A stretch of 64,000 nt of DNA from Candidatus Gorgyraea atricola (GTDB lineage Bacteria > Omnitrophota > Gorgyraeia > Gorgyraeales > Gorgyraeaceae): NCBI GenBank assembly GCA_030765235.1, contig JAVCCW010000029.1, positions 76,939 through 140,938 on the forward strand. Direction: 5' to 3'. Positions within the stretch are counted from its first letter, which is position 1; each line of letters starts with the position of its first letter. Below the pieces are notes generated by a model that searched no databases, was not told the DNA's origin, and was given only the letters and a program-made list of their open reading frames with translations. A program made the position numbers and the translations under genes. Positions 9,515 to 21,150 of this stretch are shown piece after piece.

Positions 9515-11038
9515 ATGTCAACGAAAAAGCATATACTTAAATCAGCCGGGATCATAGGGTTTGCTACTGTGGTGAGCCGCGTGCTGGGGTTTGCGCGCGA
9601 TATCTTGATCGCGCGATTCTTTGGCACCGGTAAATTTGCTCAAGCCTTTGTGGTGGCATTCCGCATACCAAATATGCTGAGGGATCTCATAGGCGAGGGA
9701 GCGACTAACGCGGCTGTAGTTCCGGTCTTGAGTGAGTATTCTGAGACAAAAAAGAAAGAGGAATTCTGGCATCTGGCCAATGTATTGCTGAACGTGGTCT
9801 TGATCGTGCTGACAGGTGTGACTTTGGCAGGTATTGTCTTTGCGCCAGTGATCGTGCGTCTTATAGCGCCTGGTTTTATAAGCGATCCTGAGAAGTTAAG
9901 GCTTACAGTGTATCTGACGCGTTTCATGTTTCCCTATGTATTACTCGTGGGACTCCTGGCTTACGGTATGGGCATACTTAATTCCTTGAAGCATTTCTCA
10001 GCGCCAGCGTTTGCGCCGGCGATATTGAACCTGACGATAATAATATGTGTGCTCGTGAGACAGGGAAGTGTTTCAGCGCTTGCAACAGGTGTTTTAATAG
10101 GCGGTGTTGTGCAGATGGCTGTGCAGATACCTGTTTTATTTGCCAAAGGATTCCGTTTTAATTTTAGGAGCGGCTTTCATCACCAGGCTGTAAGAAAGAT
10201 AGGCGCGCTTCTGGCTCCCAGGATACTCGGCTCGTGTGTATATCAGATAAATATTTTTGTCAATACAATGCTCGCGTCACTTTCGTCTATAGTAGGGCAG
10301 GGAGGCGTGGCAGCGCTTTATTATGCGAACAGGATCTTTCAGTTTCCGCTCGCAATATTTGGGATAGCTATTGCGCAGGCAGCATTGCCTACCATGTCCA
10401 GGGAGGCGCTTGAGCAGGGTCTTGAAAAGCTTAAAGATACACTTTCCTTTTCGCTCAGGGCAGTGAATTTTATAATGCTGCCTGCCTCTTTTGGCCTGAT
10501 AGTGCTTGCCAGGCCCATAACCAGTGTATTGTTTCAAAGAGGCATGTTTGGACAATATTCAACATCCATAACTGCGGGCGCGCTCGCGTTTTATTCAATA
10601 GGACTTTTTAGTTACGCGGGGATCAAGATACTGGTGTCGTGTTTTTATTCGCTGAAGGATACATTTACGCCTGTAAAGATCGCGAGTGTATCTTTGGTGT
10701 TAAATGTCGTGCTGGGAGTAATGCTTATGTTTTTTTTAAAGATAAGCGGCCTTGCGCTCGCCACTGCTATATCGGGGATATTTAATTTCTTCCTGCTGTT
10801 TTTTGCCTTAAGAAAAAAGATCGGCGCGTTTGATGATTCGAAGATAGTGACTTCATTTCTGAAGATGTTTGCATCGAGCGCAGTGATGGCAGGGTTGATA
10901 TATTTTAGCGCGTTCCGGATGGGGCTGAATCTTTTTATTGTCATATTAATAGGTATAGTGAGTTATATGTTAGCCGCGTTTGTATTTCGCGTGAAAGAGA
11001 CAAGGGAGTTTTTGAAATGGGCCTTAAGGAGAAATTAA
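9515..11038 (+). CDS. murJ: Lipid II flippase MurJ
   Basis: SRVLGFARD, AFRIPNMLR..GEGA and ANRIFQFP motifs. Confidence 0.95.
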   Translation: MSTKKHILKSAGIIGFATVVSRVLGFARDILIARFFGTGKFAQAFVVAFRIPNMLRDLIGEGATNAAVVPVLSEYSETKKKEEFWHLANVLLNVVLIVLTGVTLAGIVFAPVIVRLIAPGFISDPEKLRLTVYLTRFMFPYVLLVGLLAYGMGILNSLKHFSAPAFAPAILNLTIIICVLVRQGSVSALATGVLIGGVVQMAVQIPVLFAKGFRFNFRSGFHHQAVRKIGALLAPRILGSCVYQINIFVNTMLASLSSIVGQGGVAALYYANRIFQFPLAIFGIAIAQAALPTMSREALEQGLEKLKDTLSFSLRAVNFIMLPASFGLIVLARPITSVLFQRGMFGQYSTSITAGALAFYSIGLFSYAGIKILVSCFYSLKDTFTPVKIASVSLVLNVVLGVMLMFFLKISGLALATAISGIFNFFLLFFALRKKIGAFDDSKIVTSFLKMFASSAVMAGLIYFSAFRMGLNLFIVILIGIVSYMLAAFVFRVKETREFLKWALRRN

Positions 11039-12261
11039 AAAAGATACCGCGCTCGCCTGGTATTTACATGATGAAGGATGCCGGGGGTGAGGTGCTCTAT
11101 ATAGGTAAGGCAAAGGATCTTTCGAAAAGGGTCGCAAGTTATTTTCAGAAGAATCGGCCTGTGACTGCGAGGCGGATGCATTTATTGGAACGCGTGAAGG
11201 ACCTGGATTATATAACTACGACTTCTGAAGAAGAGGCGCTTATCTATGAGTCGAATCTCATAAAGGAGAAAAAGCCGAAGTATAATGTGGACCTCAAGGA
11301 CGACAAGAGTTTTCCTTTTTTGAAATTGACATCGGGTGAGCGGTTTCCGCGACTTGTTATTACGCGGAAAAAGAGTGACGATGGCTCGAGATATTTTGGG
11401 CCGTACACGCGCGTGAAGCTTTTGCGCAAGGCGATTGCGGTAATGAAGGCCATCTTCCCTCTACGCACGTGCAAGAAGATGCCGGATCACGTGTGCCTGT
11501 CATATCATATTGGCCAGTGCGCAGGACCGTGCGTTAAAAAAGTCAGCGAAAAGGAGTATGGCGAGATCGTGAGGCAGCTTGTATTGTTTCTAGAAGGAAA
11601 AAAGGCGACACTTTTAAGAGAATTGGAGCAAAGAATGGGGGACGCAGCAAAGAATGAGAGATTCGAGGATGCGTGCATGATCCGCGACAGGATCGCAGCG
11701 CTTTCAGAGGTGCCTGGAAAAAAGTTCAGGGAATATAGCGGGTATGGCGATGTCGCGGTAAAGCTAAAAAGGCTTTTGCGGCTGCCGAGACTGCCTTTAA
11801 AGGTCGAGGCGTTTGACGTGTCAAATATATCAGGCCAGGAGGCCACAGGGTCGATGGTATATTTCAAGAATGGCAAGCCTGATAAATCAAATTACAGGAA
11901 ATTCAAGATAAAAAGCGTAAAGGACATAGACGACTATGCAATGATCCAGGAAATCGTGAGACGCAGGTACAAGCGGCTCAAGGAGGAAGACAAGGAGTTT
12001 CCCGATCTTATCATAATAGACGGGGGCAAGGGTCATTTACAGGCGGCATACAGGGAGCTCATGAAGCTGAATCTCAGGTATGTACCTATAATATCCATTG
12101 CAAAGAAACAGGAAAAGATATACACGCTTGGCGCTAAAAGCCCGTTGGATGTGAACAGGGACTCGCAGATCGTGCACTTTATCCAGCAGATCCGTGACGA
12201 AGCCCACCGCTTCGCGCTCAAGTATCACCACAAGCTGCGGGATAGGAAAGCAAGCCTCTAA
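11017..12261 (+). CDS. uvrC: Excinuclease ABC subunit C, short form without C-terminal HhH domain
   Basis: GIY-YIG (PGIY..LYIGKAK), UVR domain, FDVSN, IDGGKG, RDEAHRFA. Confidence 0.9.
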   Translation: MGLKEKLKKIPRSPGIYMMKDAGGEVLYIGKAKDLSKRVASYFQKNRPVTARRMHLLERVKDLDYITTTSEEEALIYESNLIKEKKPKYNVDLKDDKSFPFLKLTSGERFPRLVITRKKSDDGSRYFGPYTRVKLLRKAIAVMKAIFPLRTCKKMPDHVCLSYHIGQCAGPCVKKVSEKEYGEIVRQLVLFLEGKKATLLRELEQRMGDAAKNERFEDACMIRDRIAALSEVPGKKFREYSGYGDVAVKLKRLLRLPRLPLKVEAFDVSNISGQEATGSMVYFKNGKPDKSNYRKFKIKSVKDIDDYAMIQEIVRRRYKRLKEEDKEFPDLIIIDGGKGHLQAAYRELMKLNLRYVPIISIAKKQEKIYTLGAKSPLDVNRDSQIVHFIQQIRDEAHRFALKYHHKLRDRKASL

Positions 12262-12297
12262 CTTTACACTTTTGTGATACACAGAAAAGTGTAAAGT
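12259..12297. repeat. TAACTTTAC-ended hairpin starting at the uvrC stop
   Basis: taactttacacttttgtg...cacagaaaagtgtaaagt. Confidence 0.75.
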
Positions 12298-12303
12298 AGT
12301 AAA

Positions 12304-12329
12304 GTAGGCCAGGTTTAAACCTGGCCTAC
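12304..12329. repeat. Family A REP-like palindrome
   Basis: Exact 26-bp copy. Confidence 0.9.
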
Positions 12330-12425
12330 TGCTACTGCTCGGGGTGGTTAGGTGATATGAAAGCGTTGACTTTGTTCGAGAAAAAGGTATATACTGTTGT
12401 GAAAAGAAAATATCAGACATAGAAT

Positions 12426-13523
<1,098 letters not shown>

Positions 13524-13524
13524 T

Positions 13525-16272
13525 ATGGCTAACTGGATATTAAATAAAATCATCGGGTCGCAAAATCAGCGGGAGATCAAGAAGCTGCAGCCGCTCGTGG
13601 ATAAGATAAATTCTTTAGAGCCAGAGGTGCAGAAGCTTAGCGACGCTGAACTGCGCCAAAAAACAGACGAGTTTCGAAATCGCGTTTCAAACGGCGCAAA
13701 ACTCGACGAGATCCTACCTGAGGCATTTGCAGTAGTGCGCGAGGTCAGTCAGCGCACCATAGGCATGCGGCATTTTGATGTGCAGCTTATGGGTGGCGTA
13801 GCGCTTCATCAGGGAAAGATCGCTGAGATGACAACAGGTGAAGGAAAAACTCTTGTCGCGACATTGCCAGCATATCTGAACGCGCTGAGCGGCAAAGGCG
13901 TCCACATCATCACTGTGAATGATTATCTTGCCCGTCGCGACAGAGAATGGATGGGGCCAGTGTATGAGTTTCTTGGGCTTAGCGTAGGCGTTATCCAGCA
14001 CGACATGGACCCTGAGGCAAAACAGATCTCTTACAGAAGTGACATCGCCTATGGCACGAACAATGAATTTGGTTTTGATTATCTCAGGGATAACATGGTT
14101 GCGCGCGCTGAAAACATGGTGCAGGGTGAGCTAAATTACGCGATCGTCGACGAGGTGGATAGCATCCTAATAGATGAGGCGCGCACCCCGCTTATCATCT
14201 CAGGCCCGTCAGAAGAATCCACAGATAAATATTATACCTGCAATAAAATAGTGCCGAGTCTAAAAGGCCGCATAATCCTGGAAAAAGACGAGATCGACGC
14301 GAAATTCAAAGGCATAGACCTTTCAACAGGCTATGACTATATCGTGGACGAAAAGGCGCACACCGCGCATCTTACAGAAGATGGCGAGGCAAAGGTCGCT
14401 GAGATGCTCGGCATAACCAACATGCACGATATGTCCACCATGGAATACCGTCACCACATAATCCAGGCATTAAAGGCGCATAATCTTTTTGAAAAAGACG
14501 TGGACTATGTAGTGAAAGAAGGAGGGGTGCTCATAGTCGACGAATTTACTGGCAGGCTTATGCCTGGCAGGCGCTGGTCAGATGGCCTGCACCAGGCAGT
14601 AGAGGCAAAAGAGGGCCTGAAGATAGAAAGAGAAAACCAGACACTCGCCACCATTACATTTCAAAATTATTTCAGGATGTACAAAAAGCTCGCTGGCATG
14701 ACTGGCACCGCGATGACAGAGGCGCAGGAATTCAGCCACATCTATAAATTAGACACAATAGCAGTGCCTACGAATAAGACATTGATAAGGACGCATTATC
14801 CAGATGTCATCTATAAAACAGAAAAAGAAAAATTCAACGCAGTCTGCAATGAGATCGAAGAACTTTACAAAAAAGGCCGCCCGATCCTCGTCGGTACTAT
14901 TTCAATAGAAAAGTCAGAACGCCTGGGCTCGATGCTCAAGCGCCGCAACATCCCGCATAATGTCCTGAATGCGAAATATCACGAGATGGAGGCAGTCATT
15001 ATCGCGCAGGCAGGCAGGCTCAGGGCAGTCACGATCGCCACAAACATGGCTGGCCGCGGCACAGATATTTTGCTCGGCGGCAATCCTGAATCCACGGTGA
15101 GTGACTGGCTAAAGGCAAAAGGCCTGGGCCCGAAGAATGTGACTGAGGATGAAGTAAAAGGTATGCTGAGCGAGGCAAAAGAAAAGGTAAAGAAAGAACA
15201 TGAAGAGGTTGTCTCACTTGACGGCCTGCATATAATCGGTACAGAACGCCACGAATCCCGTCGCGTAGATAATCAGTTGCGCGGACGTTCAGGCAGGCAG
15301 GGCGATCCTGGCTCGTCGAAGTTTTACATATCTTTAGAGGATGACCTGATGCGGCTCTTTGGCTCTGGCAGGATCTCAGCTATATATGAGAAGCTCGGCA
15401 TAGAAGAGGGTCAGGATATACAGCACCCTCTTGTCTCACGCGCCATCGAGGTCGCGCAGAAAAGAGTGGAACAGCATAACTTTGACATACGAAAACACGT
15501 GCTCGAATATGACAATGTGATGAATAAGCAAAGAGAGGTCATATACGAGGAGCGGCGCAAGGTCTTAGCAGGTGAAAATATAAAACAGCATCTCCATGAG
15601 ATCATAAAGGAAGTCATTGATAGCGCAATGGGCCTTTATTTCAATGCTGAGGCGCATAAGAGTGACTGGCAGTATGCTGAGTTTTGCGAATGGTTCCGGT
15701 CAAAGTTTAATATCAGACTTCAGAATATAGAAGACATGGTCGAAGGCAAAGATAGCGACACAATTCTTAATGAACTGAGCACAATGGTAAAATCCGCGTA
15801 CGAAGAAAAAGAAAAAAAGATGGCGCCAGGGCTCTTGAGACATATCGAAAAGATGCTCATGCTCCAGGTCATTGATACAAAATGGAAAGATCATCTTCAT
15901 GCAATGGATAATCTGCGAGAAGGGATCGGCTTGCGCGCATATGGACAGCGTGATCCATTAGTGGAATATCAGCATGAAGGGTATGATATGTTTATGAGCA
16001 TGATAGATTCTATCAAGGATGAGACATTGGAATTTTTGTTCAAGGTCCAGGCTGTGCGCGAAGATACTTCTTCGCGAGGTGTGTTCCAGTCGCTCCCACA
16101 GCAGTTCGTACATGATGAGATCGCTCCTATGTCAGGGCCTCCTCCTTCACAGCCACCGCGAGATCTACCAGAGCCGCCTACTCAGCATAAAAGAGAAGAG
16201 CCTAAGGTCGGCAGAAATGACCCATGCCCATGCCATAGCGGCAGGAAGTATAAGAAGTGTTGTGGGAAATGA
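13525..16272 (+). CDS. secA: Preprotein translocase SecA
   Basis: [28 protein letters not shown]-terminal SEC-C motif. Confidence 0.98.
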   Translation: MANWILNKIIGSQNQREIKKLQPLVDKINSLEPEVQKLSDAELRQKTDEFRNRVSNGAKLDEILPEAFAVVREVSQRTIGMRHFDVQLMGGVALHQGKIAEMTTGEGKTLVATLPAYLNALSGKGVHIITVNDYLARRDREWMGPVYEFLGLSVGVIQHDMDPEAKQISYRSDIAYGTNNEFGFDYLRDNMVARAENMVQGELNYAIVDEVDSILIDEARTPLIISGPSEESTDKYYTCNKIVPSLKGRIILEKDEIDAKFKGIDLSTGYDYIVDEKAHTAHLTEDGEAKVAEMLGITNMHDMSTMEYRHHIIQALKAHNLFEKDVDYVVKEGGVLIVDEFTGRLMPGRRWSDGLHQAVEAKEGLKIERENQTLATITFQNYFRMYKKLAGMTGTAMTEAQEFSHIYKLDTIAVPTNKTLIRTHYPDVIYKTEKEKFNAVCNEIEELYKKGRPILVGTISIEKSERLGSMLKRRNIPHNVLNAKYHEMEAVIIAQAGRLRAVTIATNMAGRGTDILLGGNPESTVSDWLKAKGLGPKNVTEDEVKGMLSEAKEKVKKEHEEVVSLDGLHIIGTERHESRRVDNQLRGRSGRQGDPGSSKFYISLEDDLMRLFGSGRISAIYEKLGIEEGQDIQHPLVSRAIEVAQKRVEQHNFDIRKHVLEYDNVMNKQREVIYEERRKVLAGENIKQHLHEIIKEVIDSAMGLYFNAEAHKSDWQYAEFCEWFRSKFNIRLQNIEDMVEGKDSDTILNELSTMVKSAYEEKEKKMAPGLLRHIEKMLMLQVIDTKWKDHLHAMDNLREGIGLRAYGQRDPLVEYQHEGYDMFMSMIDSIKDETLEFLFKVQAVREDTSSRGVFQSLPQQFVHDEIAPMSGPPPSQPPRDLPEPPTQHKREEPKVGRNDPCPCHSGRKYKKCCGK

Positions 16273-16276
16273 GGTA

Positions 16277-16411
16277 TAGTTGTGAGTTATGGGGGTGTGT
16301 TGTGAGTTATGTGTCGAGTTATGAGTTGTGGGTTGTGAGTAAAAAAACACACAACTCATCCCCACAACCCGACCCACAACCCATAACCCATCCTCACTCT
16401 CACAACAACTA
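16277..16411. repeat. Inverted GTTGTG/CACAAC simple-repeat element
   Basis: G/T-rich arm, poly-A centre, C/A-rich arm; related copy at 35712. Confidence 0.8.
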
Positions 16412-16416
16412 GTTAT

Positions 16417-17811
16417 ATGCTACTCACCATCATCTCTGCCATACTACTAATACTCGCCTTCCCAAACTTTAATCAGAGTTATTTTGTTTTTATAGGTTTT
16501 GTCCCGCTCCTTTTTGCAATACAGAAAAAGTCGGCAAAAAAGGCATTTTGGAATTCGTACCTGTGCGGGTTTTTATTTTACCTCGGTGTCTTATACTGGC
16601 TTTACCATGTGACAGGTGTTGGACTTATTATTCTTTGTCTCTATCTTGCGCTGTATTTCGGGATCTTTGGATTTTTATTCAATCGCGCCACCTATTATAC
16701 TTCAGGTTTCAGCCTTTTATTTATACCGCTAATATGGATTTTTCTTGAATATGTACAGTCTCATCTTTTTTCAGGTTTTGGCTGGGCCTTGCTGGGCTAT
16801 TCGCAATACAAGAAGCTGCATCTAATCCAGATCGCGGATTTTGCAGGAGTCTATGGTGTTTCATTTCTTGTGATGATGGTGAATGTCGCAGTCTATAAGT
16901 TTTTCAAGAGATCAGCAAAACATCTTGTGATATCTGCTTTGGTTCTGGCAATGGTATTTTGGTATGGGAAAATGAGGGAGAATGAGGGGGAATGGGGGGA
17001 TGGTCTTAAAGTATCAGTTATACAGGGAAACATTCCGCAGGAGATTAAATGGGATCCTTTTGCGAGTGACGAGATAATGAAGTCATATTTTAATCTAACC
17101 AGGCTCGCAGCATTTGACGAACCTGATTTAATAATCTGGCCTGAGACGTCTTTCCCTGGATTTTTTATAAGCGATGAGGAAAAAACCAAACAGGTCCTTG
17201 ATCTGGCAAGAAAGATACAGATCCCGCTTTTAATAGGAGCAAATACTGTAGATGGTTTGGATATTTTAAATAGCGCAGTGCTTATCTCAAAAAAAGGCGA
17301 AGTGATAGACAAATACGATAAGCTCCACCTTGTGCCTTTTGGCGAATTCGTGCCATTTGGAGACAAAATCCCTTTTTTGCATAGACTGGTGCTCGGCGAA
17401 CTGGGTCATTTTACAGCAGGAGAAGAGTACAGGATATTTAAGATCGAATACCCTTCTCCGCAGAAAATCTTTGATTTTAGTACAGGCGAACAGCAAGCCG
17501 CAAACATCGAGCATAGATTTGCTACGCTGATCTGCTTCGAGGACATCTTTCCTGGCATTGCCAAGCGGTTTGTCCAGAAAGGCGCGCAGTTTCTAGTGGT
17601 AATCACGAACGATGCCTGGTATGGCAAAAGCGGCGCACCTTATCAACACACAGCCTGCTCAGTCTTCCGCGCAATCGAGAACCGCGTCCCAATCGTACGC
17701 TGCGCCAACACAGGCTTTTCCTGCTTCATAGACCCCTACGGCCGCATCCACGACCCCATAGAAGATATATTTACCTCTAAACACAAAACCTCCACTGTTA
17801 AACTGAGATAA
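16417..17811 (+). CDS. lnt: Apolipoprotein N-acyltransferase
   Basis: QGNIPQ, WPET, KLHLVPFGE, ICFE and TNDAW motifs. Confidence 0.95.
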   Translation: MLLTIISAILLILAFPNFNQSYFVFIGFVPLLFAIQKKSAKKAFWNSYLCGFLFYLGVLYWLYHVTGVGLIILCLYLALYFGIFGFLFNRATYYTSGFSLLFIPLIWIFLEYVQSHLFSGFGWALLGYSQYKKLHLIQIADFAGVYGVSFLVMMVNVAVYKFFKRSAKHLVISALVLAMVFWYGKMRENEGEWGDGLKVSVIQGNIPQEIKWDPFASDEIMKSYFNLTRLAAFDEPDLIIWPETSFPGFFISDEEKTKQVLDLARKIQIPLLIGANTVDGLDILNSAVLISKKGEVIDKYDKLHLVPFGEFVPFGDKIPFLHRLVLGELGHFTAGEEYRIFKIEYPSPQKIFDFSTGEQQAANIEHRFATLICFEDIFPGIAKRFVQKGAQFLVVITNDAWYGKSGAPYQHTACSVFRAIENRVPIVRCANTGFSCFIDPYGRIHDPIEDIFTSKHKTSTVKLR

Positions 17812-17896
17812 CTTGACACTTTTCTATGTGTCACAAAAGTGTAAAGTAGGCCAGGTTTAAACCTGGCCTACCGAGGGTCACAAAAGTGTAAAGTTA
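17809..17896. repeat. Composite: TAACTT-ended hairpin with a family A palindrome (17846-17871) between 18-bp direct repeats
   Basis: gtcacaaaagtgtaaagt at 17830-17847 and 17877-17894. Confidence 0.85.
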
Positions 17897-17898
17897 CT

Positions 17899-17927
17899 TT
17901 GACAAGGAAGGGGCTTTTTGGTATAAT
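17899..17927 (+). promoter_or_regulatory. Consensus sigma70 promoter
   Basis: TTGACA-17 nt-TATAAT. Confidence 0.85.
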
Positions 17928-17953
17928 GGTAAGAAGTATTTAAAAGTCTTTAA

Positions 17954-19585
17954 TTGATGATCATGAAAAAAGTAATATTGATTTTAATAATATTGTCCCT
18001 CCTGACTCAAGGGCAGAGTTTTGCCTTGAGGCCGCGTTTGCGTTTTAATGAGCCAGAAATACTTAATTCAAATAAAGAAATTAATCCTGAAGACTATGCC
18101 ACAGGTGAAGAGATATCAATTACAAGTGGGCAGGTTATACCTATGCCAGACACAGACGGTATTTATGTGGTAGATTATCTACTAGAAAGATACGTTGATT
18201 CCGACGAGGCCAAGACAAGACTTTTTGCCATAGTCGAGAAAGAAGGAAAAGATATTATTGCCAAAATAATCTCCAAAGAAGATAATGGCACAATAAAACT
18301 TTGGGAAAAACATAAATTCATCAAAGGAAAATTTAAAAGTAAATACGGCAAATATGTTAGCGGCAAATGGAAACTTGTTTTCGTTAACATGGAAGCTTAT
18401 ATCACAGCTGAAGAAATGCCTCTTGTAAATAGATTTCCTACGTTTATTCCAAGAACCAATCAGGTACACTTACCGGATTACCTGATGAGATTATATCCCA
18501 ACATCAAGAGGATGATAGTAAAAGAAAAAGGCAATATTATTACTAAAATATTCTCTAGAGAAGATGGTAAAGTGATAGTCTGGGAAAGGTATAGGTTCAT
18601 TCCATGTGGGATTATAACGAGAGGCGGTGCATATTTTATTGGTAAATGGAAGCGCATTTTTTATCTAGAAAATTATACTGTCTCCAGAGAAATGCCTATT
18701 GCAGTAGTATCCCCGCGGTTGATACCAGAGGGAGAAAATAGACTCTATATACCACGTTATCTAATGGAAACCTATGTTAATCCTAACAAAGCCAAAACAA
18801 GACTTTTTGCTATGTTAAAAAAAGAAGAAGGCTATATTAACTGTAAAATAATTTCCAGAGAATCTGATGGAATAGTAAAATACTGGGGAAATCATAAGTT
18901 CATACTAGCCAAAATTAAAAAGCAGGGCGTAGAATTCGCTGGTAAATGGAAATTCGAATGGAGTAAAAGTTTTGTTGCTAAAAAGCCAAAAAGGGAAGTC
19001 GGTAAAAAAGAAGTCTCTAGAGAAAACTCTTCTAAAAAAATCTCTTTTTACCGCGAGCTCAAGAGGCAGTTGAAGATGGGAAATAAAATAAAAGACTATT
19101 ACAAGAGGTTAGGGCTAGGCATATATGCCACTACTGACGAGATAAAAAGGGCATATCGCATGTTAGTAATGCAGTTTCATCCTGATCAGGGTAAAGATTC
19201 AGATGCAAAGGTCTTTAAATTGATCAAAGAGGCATATGAAGTTTTAAAGGATCCCAAAAAAAGACAAAGTTATGACCGTTTCATGAGAAATAGTTTCAAA
19301 CCTACAGAGTTAAAGAAAATAAACAGTTACCTTGAGCGACCTGAGAATATAGGAGTAATTTTTCATTTTGACAAAAGGACGGGCAAGAGAGTATTCCTTA
19401 TTCCGCGTAAGGTTGTAGCTAAAGCTGTAAAGATAGATGTTGATCTAATCGACTGGGCTATTGAGAAACATAACTATCAACAACATAGAAAAACTGGAGG
19501 ATATTTCACCCCATTCTCCTTTCCACCTGAAAAGATGCTGAATAGTATATTAGAAACAGCAGACGCAGCACGGACAGATAATTAA
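17954..19585 (+). CDS. Signal-peptide orphan with three internal repeats and a DnaJ J-domain; start may be an ATG a few codons downstream
   Basis: SFA-LRP N-terminus; DYYKRLGL...IKRAYR...FHPD...EAYEVLKDP..R..YD. Confidence 0.8.
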   Translation: MMIMKKVILILIILSLLTQGQSFALRPRLRFNEPEILNSNKEINPEDYATGEEISITSGQVIPMPDTDGIYVVDYLLERYVDSDEAKTRLFAIVEKEGKDIIAKIISKEDNGTIKLWEKHKFIKGKFKSKYGKYVSGKWKLVFVNMEAYITAEEMPLVNRFPTFIPRTNQVHLPDYLMRLYPNIKRMIVKEKGNIITKIFSREDGKVIVWERYRFIPCGIITRGGAYFIGKWKRIFYLENYTVSREMPIAVVSPRLIPEGENRLYIPRYLMETYVNPNKAKTRLFAMLKKEEGYINCKIISRESDGIVKYWGNHKFILAKIKKQGVEFAGKWKFEWSKSFVAKKPKREVGKKEVSRENSSKKISFYRELKRQLKMGNKIKDYYKRLGLGIYATTDEIKRAYRMLVMQFHPDQGKDSDAKVFKLIKEAYEVLKDPKKRQSYDRFMRNSFKPTELKKINSYLERPENIGVIFHFDKRTGKRVFLIPRKVVAKAVKIDVDLIDWAIEKHNYQQHRKTGGYFTPFSFPPEKMLNSILETADAARTDN

Positions 19586-19605
19586 AATCACACCTTAAGT
19601 CCCAC

Positions 19606-19638
19606 CCCCGTACCAGTCGCTTCGCTCCGGTACGGGGC
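19606..19638. repeat. CCCCGTACC...GGTACGGGGC hairpin repeat
   Basis: Similar to 1152-1185. Confidence 0.65.
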
Positions 19639-19651
19639 AAACCTATTTCTA

Positions 19652-19680
19652 TTGACACTATAATACATATAGGATATAAT
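19652..19680 (+). promoter_or_regulatory. Consensus sigma70 promoter of the lysS operon
   Basis: TTGACA-17 nt-TATAAT. Confidence 0.85.
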
Positions 19681-19706
19681 TGCCCAGAAGGAAGGGGTGT
19701 ATTTTT

Positions 19707-21149
19707 ATGCAGGATGTGAATGAGTTTGTAAAGCAGCGCATTGATAAGCTTAATGCCTTGAAAGAGATAGGTGTTGAAGTATATGGCAGGCATTTTAATA
19801 AGGCGCAGGGTATTGACGAGCTTGTTAAGGGGTTTAAAGAAGGGGATAAAGTCGAGACTGCTGGTCGCATTACTGCGCTTCGGGAGCACGGGAAGAGTGC
19901 TTTTATGGATTTAAGGGATGCCAGCGGAAGAGTGCAAATCTATGTAAAAGCGAACATAATCGGAGTCGAGACATTTAATAGTATATTTAAGAAATTAGAT
20001 ATAGGTGATATATTAGGGGTAAAAGGCGAGTTTTTTAAGACGCGCACTGAAGAGGTTACAATAAATGCCAGTGAGATAACTGTTCTTGCTAAGGGGCTGA
20101 GGCCGCTTCCTGAGAAATGGCATGGTCTAAAGGATGTTGAGATCAGGTATCGCCAGAGATATGTAGATCTGATAGTCAATGAAGATGTGCGCAAGGTCTT
20201 TCAGCTTCGCAGTAAGATCATATCAAAGATCAGGGAGCTTCTGGATAAAAAAGGATTCTTAGAAGTAGAGACTCCTATGATGCATTCGCTCGCAGGCGGC
20301 GCAGCAGGTGAGCCATTTAAGACGCACCATAAGGCTTTGGATACTGATTTATATTTGAGACTGGCGCCGGAATTACATTTAAAGAGATTGCTGGTGGGCG
20401 GTTTTGATAAGGTCTATGAACTCAATAGAAACTTCAGGAACGAGGGCATCTCTATCAGGCACAATCCTGAGTTTACAATGGTTGAGATCTACCAGGCTTA
20501 TTCTGACTGCGAAGGCATGATGCGGCTTACAGAAGAGATATTGAGCTTTGCCGCAAAAGAGGCTTTGGGGAGTCTAAAGATTAAATTTAAAGATCAGGAG
20601 ATCGATCTATCGACGCCATGGCCCAGGTGGTCTTTTGCCAGCGAGATCAAAAAGAAGTTTGATATAAATCCTGATGATCCTGCTGAAGAATGGATCAAGA
20701 AGCTCAAGAAAAAAGGCATGAATTTCAAGGGAAAGGATGTTACTCGCTCGCAGATCGTAAATATAATTTCAGAGATGCTCGAGCCCGAGACAAAGGATAA
20801 GCCGATGTTTGTCGTGGATCTATTTGCTGAGCTGTGCCCATTGGCAAAGAAGCAAAAGGATAATCCGTTACTGACTGACAGGTTTGAGCTTTTTATGGGC
20901 GGCATGGAAATAGCGAATGCATATTCAGAGCTGAATGACCCGATCGAACAGGAAAAGAGATTCAAGGAACAGCTTGTGGGACAGGAAGGCACTAAGAAGA
21001 TCGACGAGGACTTTGTCAGGGCCTTGGAATACGGCATGCCGCCAGCAGGCGGCCTGGGCATAGGCATAGACAGGCTCGTGATGTTACTCGCGAACCAGCC
21101 GTCGATCAGGGATGTCATATTGTTTCCGCAACTTAAGCCGGAGAAATAA
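19707..21149 (+). CDS. lysS: Lysine--tRNA ligase (class II)
   Basis: RYRQRYVDL, FRNEG..HNPEFT, YGMPP.GG.GIGIDRL; start moved to the ATG downstream of the promoter. Confidence 0.97.
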   Translation: MQDVNEFVKQRIDKLNALKEIGVEVYGRHFNKAQGIDELVKGFKEGDKVETAGRITALREHGKSAFMDLRDASGRVQIYVKANIIGVETFNSIFKKLDIGDILGVKGEFFKTRTEEVTINASEITVLAKGLRPLPEKWHGLKDVEIRYRQRYVDLIVNEDVRKVFQLRSKIISKIRELLDKKGFLEVETPMMHSLAGGAAGEPFKTHHKALDTDLYLRLAPELHLKRLLVGGFDKVYELNRNFRNEGISIRHNPEFTMVEIYQAYSDCEGMMRLTEEILSFAAKEALGSLKIKFKDQEIDLSTPWPRWSFASEIKKKFDINPDDPAEEWIKKLKKKGMNFKGKDVTRSQIVNIISEMLEPETKDKPMFVVDLFAELCPLAKKQKDNPLLTDRFELFMGGMEIANAYSELNDPIEQEKRFKEQLVGQEGTKKIDEDFVRALEYGMPPAGGLGIGIDRLVMLLANQPSIRDVILFPQLKPEK

Positions 21150-21150
21150 C

